NCBI GenBank assembly: GCA_964533865.1 | Contig: CAZHRC010000001.1 | Span: forward strand, 218,159-282,158 | Source: an uncultured Peptoniphilaceae bacterium | Lineage (GTDB): Bacteria; Bacillota; Clostridia; Tissierellales; Peptoniphilaceae | Direction: 5' to 3' | DNA length: 64,000 bases | Shown here: in pieces, positions 56,598 through 64,000 of the stretch | How the letters are laid out: each line of letters begins with the position of its first letter | How positions within the stretch are numbered: the first letter of the stretch is position 1 | Position numbers and translations under genes: made by a program | The notes under the pieces: model-generated | Seen by the model: the letters and a program-made list of their open reading frames with translations, nothing else | Database searches by the model: none | What the model was told of the DNA's origin: nothing

Positions 56598-57527
56598 ATG
56601 CTTATAACAAAGAATTTGGTTTCGTCAGATGATTTGTCCAAAGAAGAGATTTTAGAACTAATTGATTATGCACAATCTATCATAAAGAGTCCAGCGGATT
56701 TTTCACAATTATGTAATGGGAAAATTTTGGGGACTCTTTTTTTTGAACCATCCACAAGAACGCGCTTAAGTTTCGAGGCAGCGATGACTCGACTTGGTGG
56801 AGGTGTATTATCTGTTTCGGAAGCGAGTACAAGCTCAGCCTCTAAAGGGGAAAGCCTTGCAGATACGATTAAGACAGTATCTCAATATGTTGATATTATT
56901 GCGATGCGTCACGCCAAAGAAGGTTCTTCGACGCTTGCTTTAGAAACCAGTGATGTCCCTTTGATCAACGCAGGGGATGGCGGCCACCAACACCCAACCC
57001 AGACATTGACCGATCTACTGACGATAATGGAAGCTAAAGGTAGGTTGGATAACATGACGATTGGGATTTGTGGGGATTTAAAATTTGGTCGCACGGTACA
57101 CTCTTTGATCAAATCAATGACTAAATTTTCAAACAACAAATATATACTTATCTCTCCAACAGAACTAAGAGTTCCGCAATACATTAAAACTGTGGTGCTT
57201 GACGGTAACGATGTGGATTACGTCGAAGTTGAAAAACTTGAAGATGTGATTGATCAACTCGATTGTCTTTATATGACTAGAGTACAAAAAGAACGATTCT
57301 TCAACGAAGCGGATTACGTACGATTAAAAGATAGCTACCGTCTTAACAATAAAAAGTTAAGGGTAGCAAAAGAGGATCTAGCAATACTCCATCCACTACC
57401 GAGAGTCAATGAAATATCTGTCGAAGTCGACAGCGATCCGCGTGCTTTATACTTTAAACAAGTCAAAAACGGTATGTATATACGAATGGCTCTTATATTG
57501 AAATTGCTGGAGGTAGCCAATGCTTAA
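56598..57527 (+). CDS. pyrB: Aspartate carbamoyltransferase catalytic chain
   Basis: Motifs [17 protein letters not shown] and [12 protein letters not shown] 56598 follows GGGAGG. Confidence 0.95.
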   Translation: MLITKNLVSSDDLSKEEILELIDYAQSIIKSPADFSQLCNGKILGTLFFEPSTRTRLSFEAAMTRLGGGVLSVSEASTSSASKGESLADTIKTVSQYVDIIAMRHAKEGSSTLALETSDVPLINAGDGGHQHPTQTLTDLLTIMEAKGRLDNMTIGICGDLKFGRTVHSLIKSMTKFSNNKYILISPTELRVPQYIKTVVLDGNDVDYVEVEKLEDVIDQLDCLYMTRVQKERFFNEADYVRLKDSYRLNNKKLRVAKEDLAILHPLPRVNEISVEVDSDPRALYFKQVKNGMYIRMALILKLLEVANA

Positions 57528-57948
57528 TATTAATAGTATCAGCCGAGGGATAGTGATTGATCATATCCAACCGGGATTAGGATATGAAATATTTAAAATT
57601 CTTAAACTCGATACCGCAAACTACACAGTGGCTTTAATAATGAATGCACAATCTGGAAAATTGGGTAAGAAAGATATGATAAAGATCGAAAACGTCGTGG
57701 ACTTCGATTTAGCGTCTATAGGGATTATCGATCCTCAAGTGACGGTTAACATCATTGAAGATGAAGTGATTGTGCGCAAAATTCGCATAGAAATACCAGA
57801 GAAGGTAGAGGGGCTACTCACCTGTACTAACCCGCGTTGTATCACTACCAGCGAGCGAAATGTGACCAGTGTATTTTCTTTGGTCGATAAAGATAAAGTT
57901 CTATACAAATGCGATTATTGCGATCACCTCTACAACGTAGAAGAATAG
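57520..57948 (+). CDS. pyrI: Aspartate carbamoyltransferase regulatory chain
   Basis: C-terminal Zn domain CTNPRC...CDYC. It overlaps the pyrB end. Confidence 0.9.
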   Translation: MLNINSISRGIVIDHIQPGLGYEIFKILKLDTANYTVALIMNAQSGKLGKKDMIKIENVVDFDLASIGIIDPQVTVNIIEDEVIVRKIRIEIPEKVEGLLTCTNPRCITTSERNVTSVFSLVDKDKVLYKCDYCDHLYNVEE

Positions 57949-57963
57949 AATGGGAGGAAAGAC

Positions 57964-58818
57964 ATGATTATTGATAAGCTGTATGAAAGGGTTGCAGAAA
58001 AAGGGTTTGTTTGCGTGGGACTTGATAGTGATATTTCTTATGTGCCAGAAGATATCTTGAAGAAGTACAGCTCAACCAGCGATCGTTTATTTGCTTACAA
58101 TAAGCGTATTATCGATGCAACCTTTGATGTCACCGCCATCTATAAGCCCCAAATCGCATATTATGAAGCAGAAGGTTTGGAAGGGTTACTAGCCTATTCA
58201 AAAACTATGCGCTATATTAAAGAACTTGGTGGGTTGACGATTGGTGATGTGAAAAGAGGCGATATTGCTTCTACTGCTGAAAAATATGGCTTAGGCCATT
58301 TTTCGGGGGATTTTGAAGCCGATTTCATCACACTGAATCCTTATATGGGATTCGATAGCATCACGCCTTATTTGCCCTATTTAGAATCAGGAGAGAAGGG
58401 TGTATTCGTATTGCTACGTACTTCAAACCAAGGAGCAAAGGATATTGAGTACCTTGAGCACAATGGCGAACCATTGTATTACACCATAGGTGATCGCCTT
58501 CAAGAAATGGCTGAGGCTTTTCGCGGGGATTGTGGCTATTCTTCGTTGGGACTCGTCGTTGGTGGTACCCACTCGGAAGAAGCAAGAGAAATCAGGGAAC
58601 GCTACAAGGATATGTTCTTTTTGATTCCAGGTTATGGCGCTCAAGGAGGAAAGGCGGAAGATATTCGCATTTACTTAAATGATTTCAATGGCGGTGTGGT
58701 TAATTCTTCACGGGGGATCATTCGACATTTTGCAAAATTTGAAGACGGTGAAGAGCGGTTTGATGATTATACAAGAGATGCCGTCCTTACGATGAGGAGT
58801 GACATTTATGGACAATAG
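57964..58818 (+). CDS. pyrF: Orotidine-5'-phosphate decarboxylase (long, type 2)
   Basis: DxKxxD motif in [12 protein letters not shown], with a length of 284 aa. Confidence 0.9.
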   Translation: MIIDKLYERVAEKGFVCVGLDSDISYVPEDILKKYSSTSDRLFAYNKRIIDATFDVTAIYKPQIAYYEAEGLEGLLAYSKTMRYIKELGGLTIGDVKRGDIASTAEKYGLGHFSGDFEADFITLNPYMGFDSITPYLPYLESGEKGVFVLLRTSNQGAKDIEYLEHNGEPLYYTIGDRLQEMAEAFRGDCGYSSLGLVVGGTHSEEAREIRERYKDMFFLIPGYGAQGGKAEDIRIYLNDFNGGVVNSSRGIIRHFAKFEDGEERFDDYTRDAVLTMRSDIYGQ

Positions 58819-59536
58819 CGCTTATATTTCAGGTGTCGTTCTTGAAAACCGAAAGGTTTCCGCTGAGATTTGTTTGATGGTAGTAGGGGGGAATTTTAAA
58901 GGACAACCTGGACAATTTTACATGATAAAGATGGATTCTTATGACCCCTTTCTACCGCGACCGATGAGTATTTTTGACATGGATGACGATACCATTTCCT
59001 TCCTTTACCACGTGACTGGTAAAGGAACTGAAAAAATGAAGAACCTGAGACCAGGTTCAAAAATTCAAATACTTGGACCTCTTGGCAAAGGATTTGAGCT
59101 TAAAGACGAAGGAAAGGTAGCTCTCGTCGGAGGCGGTATCGGTATTGCACCATTATTCTATTTAGCAAAACGCTTGAGATCAAAACCGGATATCTATTTC
59201 GGCTTTCGTGACAAATCTTATCTTATTGATCAATTTAAGCCCTACGTAAATGATATCGTCATCACGACAGATACTGGAGAAGAAGGATTCAAAGGTGTTG
59301 TCACTCAACACATCGATTCTTCTCAATATGATGTGATCTACTGTTGTGGGCCGACTCCAATGATGGAAGCTATGCAAAAGGTAAATGAAAGTCCAACCCT
59401 ATATCTTTCCCTTGAGAGCCATATGAGCTGCGGTATCGGAGCTTGCTTAGGTTGTACTTGTCAAACAATTGAAGGCTTAAAGCGCGTCTGTCATGAAGGT
59501 CCTGTCTTTGATGGATCGGAGGTGGTGTTTGAATGA
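58808..59536 (+). CDS. pyrK: Dihydroorotate dehydrogenase electron-transfer subunit
   Basis: C-terminal 2Fe-2S motif [14 protein letters not shown] 58808 follows GAGGAG. Confidence 0.9.
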   Translation: MDNSAYISGVVLENRKVSAEICLMVVGGNFKGQPGQFYMIKMDSYDPFLPRPMSIFDMDDDTISFLYHVTGKGTEKMKNLRPGSKIQILGPLGKGFELKDEGKVALVGGGIGIAPLFYLAKRLRSKPDIYFGFRDKSYLIDQFKPYVNDIVITTDTGEEGFKGVVTQHIDSSQYDVIYCCGPTPMMEAMQKVNESPTLYLSLESHMSCGIGACLGCTCQTIEGLKRVCHEGPVFDGSEVVFE

Positions 59537-60429
59537 TGGAAGTTAAACTATGTGATATCACATTTAAAAATCCCGTGATTGCAGCGAGTGGAACCTTTGG
59601 ATTTGGCCGTGAATTCGTGGATTACTTTGATATTAACCGTTTAGGCGGTATATCGACAAAAGGGCTCACTTTAGAAGTGAGAGAAGGTAACCAAGGTCGA
59701 AGGATACATGAAACACCCGCTGGGGTTATGAACAGTATCGGTCTTCAGAACCCTTCAGTAGAAGGTTTTATCAATCTTGAGCTTCCGAGGATGGAGTCAC
59801 TTGATACCATCGTGTTAGCTAACGTAGGTGGGTCGCAGATCGAAGACTATGTTGAATCGATTCGGTTGTTGGAATCTACATCTGTACCGATTATTGAATT
59901 GAATATTTCCTGTCCCAATGTTAAAGAAGGCGGCATGGCCTTTGGCATTAAATGCGATAGCGCAAAATCGATAGTTCGAGCAATCCGTCGCGAAACGCGT
60001 AAGACGCTTATCGTTAAACTATCACCCAATGCAGAAAATATTGTCGAGATGGCCCAAACGTGCGTTGAAGAAGGTGCTGATGGTCTATCTCTTGTCAACA
60101 CTTTTAATGCATTGGCGATCGACATCTATCGCCGCAAGCCTGTCTTTAATAACATCACGGCAGGACTCTCTGGTCCGTGTATTAAGCCCATAGCTCTTCG
60201 TATGGTTAGAGAAGTTGCTAAGGCTGTTGACGTACCTATAATGGGCATGGGAGGCATTATGACCGGAGAAGATGCCATTGAATTTATTATGGCTGGTGCG
60301 TGGATGGTTCAAGTTGGCACAGGGAACCTTGTCGAACCCAACTGTTCCCTCCAAGTCATTGAAGGCATCGAGCAATTTATGGAACGAGAAGGTATAAAAA
60401 GCCTCGAAGAAATACGTGGAATTATCTAA
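59533..60429 (+). CDS. pyrD: Dihydroorotate dehydrogenase 1B catalytic subunit
   Basis: Motifs ASGTFGFG and LNISCPNVK (Cys base). ATGA overlap with pyrK. Confidence 0.93.
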   Translation: MMEVKLCDITFKNPVIAASGTFGFGREFVDYFDINRLGGISTKGLTLEVREGNQGRRIHETPAGVMNSIGLQNPSVEGFINLELPRMESLDTIVLANVGGSQIEDYVESIRLLESTSVPIIELNISCPNVKEGGMAFGIKCDSAKSIVRAIRRETRKTLIVKLSPNAENIVEMAQTCVEEGADGLSLVNTFNALAIDIYRRKPVFNNITAGLSGPCIKPIALRMVREVAKAVDVPIMGMGGIMTGEDAIEFIMAGAWMVQVGTGNLVEPNCSLQVIEGIEQFMEREGIKSLEEIRGII

Positions 60430-60440
60430 AGGAGACGAGC

Positions 60441-61004
60441 ATGAAACATAGAGATCTATTAGAAGAATCGAAAGCTTTGCTGGAAGGTCACTTTTTACTA
60501 TCCTCCGGTAAACACAGTAATGGTTACGTCCAATGTGCTAAGTTGTTGATGTATCCCGATAAGGCGAATATCATGATCAAAACTATTGTGGATCAAGTCA
60601 AAGACCTAGAGATCGACTTAGTTGTAGGCCCTGCTATGGGCGGAATCATCGTTGCTTACGAATTGGCTCGCCAGTTAGGAGTACCCGCTATTTTTACAGA
60701 ACGGGAACAAGATGTGATGACGCTGCGACGAGGCTTTGAAATTCCAGAAGGCGCTAAGGTTCTCATCTCGGAGGATGTGGTAACCACAGGTAAATCGTCT
60801 GGAGAAGCTATTAAAGTCGTCAAAGAACACGGCGGAGAAATCGTCGGTATTGCAGCTTTGATCGACAGAAGAACCCGAGAGTTGGATTACCCTTTATTTG
60901 CCGCGACTAAGGTTGATATTGCAACCTATGACCCTGAAGACTGCCCACTTTGCAATGAGGGCATCCCATTAGTAAAACCAGGAAGTCGTAAGAAGTTTAA
61001 TTAG
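60441..61004 (+). CDS. pyrE: Orotate phosphoribosyltransferase
   Basis: PRPP loop VLISEDVVTTGKS. Confidence 0.93.
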   Translation: MKHRDLLEESKALLEGHFLLSSGKHSNGYVQCAKLLMYPDKANIMIKTIVDQVKDLEIDLVVGPAMGGIIVAYELARQLGVPAIFTEREQDVMTLRRGFEIPEGAKVLISEDVVTTGKSSGEAIKVVKEHGGEIVGIAALIDRRTRELDYPLFAATKVDIATYDPEDCPLCNEGIPLVKPGSRKKFN

Positions 61005-61089
61005 TGTACTATTTACACCTTTTGTCAATCATTGTCCCCTGTTGTTTCAACCTATTCTTTGATATAATAAGGTGATACAAAGAGAAGGG

Positions 61090-62424
61090 ATGATCAACGT
61101 GATAGAAACTAAAAAGACGTATAGTATTATAACCTATGGATGTCAAGCAAATGAGCATGATTCAGAAAAAATTGCTTATTTGCTTGATTCCATGGGCTAT
61201 ATTTATGATAACAACAAAGAGGATGCTCACATCGTAGTCTACAATACTTGTATGGTGCGAGAAAATGCAGAATTAAAGCTATTGGGACAACTTGGCGCTA
61301 TGAAAGCTATCAAGCGTAGCCATCCCGATCGAGTTCTCATCGTTTGCGGATGCATGATGCAGACTGGGCAAGCCAGAGAATTGGTGCAACAAAAATACCC
61401 ACATGTGGATATTATCTTTGGGACGAGAAATATTTCGAGTTTGCCAGAATTAATGGCAAAACACGAACAGACAAAAGAACTGGTATGGGATATCGAAGAA
61501 GCCACCTACACAGATGTTTACATTCCTGCAACCCGCAGCAACTCCTATCAAGCTTATGTCGATATTATGCATGGCTGCAATAATTTTTGCTCCTATTGCA
61601 TTGTACCTTATGCAAGAGGAAGGGAAACTAGTCGATCACATGTAGAAATATTAGAAGAAATAAACGATCTAGCAAATAAAGGGTATAAAGAAGTGACTCT
61701 CCTAGGACAAAATGTTAACTCTTATGGCAAGGACTTAGCATCTTCTATCGAATTTCCAGAATTATTAAGACGGGTTAATGATGTAGAGGGGATAGAGCGC
61801 ATCCGATTTATGACTAGCCATCCTAAAGACATGTCTGATGAGTTAATTATAGCGATGACAGAATGTTCTAAGGTGTGTAATCACCTCCATCTACCTTTTC
61901 AAGCTGGAAGTGATCGCATATTGACGCTGATGAATCGGAAATATACGCGTACCCATTACCTTTCGCTAATACAGAAATTGAGGGCAGCAATACCTGATAT
62001 TTGCCTGTCAACGGATGTCATCGTAGGATTCCCTGGAGAAACCGAAGAGGATTTTGAGGAAACGTTGAGTCTCGTTCGCGAAGTAGGTTTTGACTTGGGC
62101 TTCACTTTTCTCTATTCTAAACGAGAGGGGACAAAAGCGGCTTTGATGGAAGACGGTACCTCTGATGAAATAAAAAATGCAAGATTCCAGCGATTACTGG
62201 ATGAAATGTATCCGATATACTTTGAAAAAAATGCAGCTTACATTGGACAGACGGTTGATGTTTTAGTTGAAGGGGTCAGCAAAAACAACGAAACTGTCAT
62301 GACCGGGCGAACAGATACCTTTAAATTAGTTCATTTTCCAGGGGATAGATCCCTTATCGGTCAAATCGTTCAGGTCAAAATAAAAGGAAATACCTCATTT
62401 ACACTAGAAGGGCATTTATGTTAG
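61090..62424 (+). CDS. miaB: tRNA-i6A37 methylthiotransferase
   Basis: UPF0004 Cys triad (YGCQANEHDSE...), radical SAM GCNNFCSYCIVPYARG, and a TRAM C-terminus. The start is uncertain (ATG 61090 or GTG 61099). Confidence 0.92.
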   Translation: MINVIETKKTYSIITYGCQANEHDSEKIAYLLDSMGYIYDNNKEDAHIVVYNTCMVRENAELKLLGQLGAMKAIKRSHPDRVLIVCGCMMQTGQARELVQQKYPHVDIIFGTRNISSLPELMAKHEQTKELVWDIEEATYTDVYIPATRSNSYQAYVDIMHGCNNFCSYCIVPYARGRETSRSHVEILEEINDLANKGYKEVTLLGQNVNSYGKDLASSIEFPELLRRVNDVEGIERIRFMTSHPKDMSDELIIAMTECSKVCNHLHLPFQAGSDRILTLMNRKYTRTHYLSLIQKLRAAIPDICLSTDVIVGFPGETEEDFEETLSLVREVGFDLGFTFLYSKREGTKAALMEDGTSDEIKNARFQRLLDEMYPIYFEKNAAYIGQTVDVLVEGVSKNNETVMTGRTDTFKLVHFPGDRSLIGQIVQVKIKGNTSFTLEGHLC

Positions 62425-64000
62425 AACGTATCGATATTGAGTCTCTCACACCGATGATGAAACAATACGCCACCATAAAAAAACAATATAAAGATGCCAT
62501 ATTGTTTTTCCGTCTCGGCGATTTTTACGAGATGTTTTTTGACGATGCGATTACTGCTTCTAAGGAACTGGAAATCGCATTGACTAAAAGGGACTGTGGT
62601 CTTGAAGAAAAAGCGCCCATGTGCGGAGTGCCATATCATGCAGTAGAACCTTATATTACACGATTAGTGTCAAAAGGCTATAAAGTTGCTTTGTGCGATC
62701 AAGTGGAGGATCCGCAAAAAGCAGTGGGAATCGTGCAACGTGAAGTCACGCGTATCATTAGCCCAGGAACTCTAACAGATACGGAAGCGTTAAATTTATC
62801 TATGCCAAACAATCTCGTATGTATTATCCTCGATTCTTATGGATTTGCGTTAGCATCGATGGATGTGATGACCGGTCATACTGCTGTCTTTGAAATCCAT
62901 GGCAGATGGGATGAGAATAGAGATGTTCTCATTGATGAAATGATAAGATTCCACCCTTCGGAGATCATAATTATCCGAAGTACCGATGCTCATAACCATA
63001 TCAACTGGTTGAAAAAGCACTTTTCGATACCTTTTACGATGATCGATCTACCTGTCAAATCATCGGAAGAAAGAATACTTGCTATAAAAGACATGTTAGG
63101 AAAGGTCCAGGGAATAAAGGCACTATCAAAACGGGACCTTTCACTTATCGCGTTCCATGGCCTATTAACCTATGCCTTTCGCTTTCAATCGGATCAAGTA
63201 AAACACGTTCGAAACATTGATATTATTGAACCTTCACACTATATGTCAATAGATGCAAATACCATAAGAAATTTAGAGCTTTTCACCAATACTGCAAAAA
63301 ATCAACACACGCTGATCCATATCCTTGACCAAACTAAAACTGCTATGGGTGCGCGAATGCTCAGAGAGTGGGTAAGCCATCCTCTGATCAGTGCAAAAGC
63401 CATTAGCAATCGACAGCAGCATGTGGATGCATTGATGAATAATGCGATATTCCTCGATGATTTGCGCCAGTCACTTGATCATATTTATGATATTGAGCGG
63501 TTAACAGGAAAAATCTCCTATGGGCGCGCAAATGGAAGAGATCTTATCGCACTGAAAAACTCCATTCAATTTTTTCCAACGATAATTGAAACACTCAAAC
63601 AATTCAATAACCATGCACTAAATAGTATTATCGATAATCTTGATGATTTAAGCGATATTTACCACCTCGTCGATCGAGCGATTGTCGACGAACCACCTAT
63701 CACGATCACAGAGGGAGAGTTGATCAAAGAGGGCTATCACGATACCCTTGATGCGCTGAGACATGCAAGTGTCGAAGGGAGCCATGAGCTCGTTGAATAC
63801 GAAGATAATTTGAGAGAATCGACAGGAATTAAAAACTTAAAAATCATATTTAATAAGAAGACAGGTTACTTTATCGATGTGACAAAATCTAACTTCTCAA
63901 AAGTTCCGGATGAGTTTGAATTAAAACAAACACTGACAAACTCGAGTCGATTTACGACGCCAACGCTTAATAGTATCCAACGTAAAATTCAAACTTCAGG
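62418..64000 (+). CDS. mutS: DNA mismatch repair protein MutS, 3' end beyond the window (not in the ORF track)
   Basis: My own translation from ATG 62418 gives MLERIDIESLTPMMKQYATIKKQYKDAILFFRLGDFYEMFFDDA.... The frame stays open to the window end. It overlaps the miaB stop by 7 nt. Confidence 0.93.
   Translation, partial: MLERIDIESLTPMMKQYATIKKQYKDAILFFRLGDFYEMFFDDAITASKELEIALTKRDCGLEEKAPMCGVPYHAVEPYITRLVSKGYKVALCDQVEDPQKAVGIVQREVTRIISPGTLTDTEALNLSMPNNLVCIILDSYGFALASMDVMTGHTAVFEIHGRWDENRDVLIDEMIRFHPSEIIIIRSTDAHNHINWLKKHFSIPFTMIDLPVKSSEERILAIKDMLGKVQGIKALSKRDLSLIAFHGLLTYAFRFQSDQVKHVRNIDIIEPSHYMSIDANTIRNLELFTNTAKNQHTLIHILDQTKTAMGARMLREWVSHPLISAKAISNRQQHVDALMNNAIFLDDLRQSLDHIYDIERLTGKISYGRANGRDLIALKNSIQFFPTIIETLKQFNNHALNSIIDNLDDLSDIYHLVDRAIVDEPPITITEGELIKEGYHDTLDALRHASVEGSHELVEYEDNLRESTGIKNLKIIFNKKTGYFIDVTKSNFSKVPDEFELKQTLTNSSRFTTPTLNSIQRKIQTS

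Overview
This window looks like a chromosomal core region of a low-GC Gram-positive (Bacillota-type) genome, about 40% GC by eye. It is almost fully coding, mostly on the + strand, and many start/stop codons overlap.

Gene order:
- eno (5'-truncated), secG, membrane pyrophosphatase, rnr, smpB, then a convergent tmRNA gene.
- A seven-gene glycogen block (glgB-glgC-glgD-glgA-glgP-pullulanase-pgm), then xpt.
- An FHA-RodA-PBP2 triad, nadK (-), a pseudouridine synthase, and a stand-alone structured sRNA that is probably 6S.
- YtxH/DUF948 stress-type proteins, a LacI/CcpA-like regulator with ptsH-ptsI, an APH-fold protein, cvfB, a parvulin and pepD.
- DUF1292, a TIGR01212 radical-SAM protein, two unknowns, an MltG-N-like stub (-), rluC-like, glucokinase, and a two-component system with a lipoprotein.
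- GIY-YIG and recX (-), an unknown plus a PC4/YdbC-like protein, and cobU-cobS-cobC.
- An orphan, a patatin lipase, a YhaO/YhaN (SbcF/SbcE)-like pair and a metallophosphoesterase.
- nagB, a CYTH protein, proB-proA, a Cof phosphatase, pyrB-I-F-K-D-E, miaB, and mutS (3'-truncated and absent from the ORF track).

I saw no rRNA, tRNA, CRISPR array, transposase or integrase.

The best candidates for something undescribed are:
- The tightly coupled orphan / patatin / SbcF-like / membrane-hairpin SbcE-like / phosphoesterase block at 46.6-51.9 kb.
- The mini P-loop ATPase plus 181-aa orphan pair at 35.5-36.5 kb.
- The 220-aa orphan plus PC4-like pair beside recX.

All three are hypotheses based on gene architecture only. 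Other notable points are an APH-fold protein with its catalytic Asp replaced, a GlgP with a degenerate glycine loop, a Na+-type signature in the pyrophosphatase, and an unannotated 31-codon membrane ORF coupled to recX.
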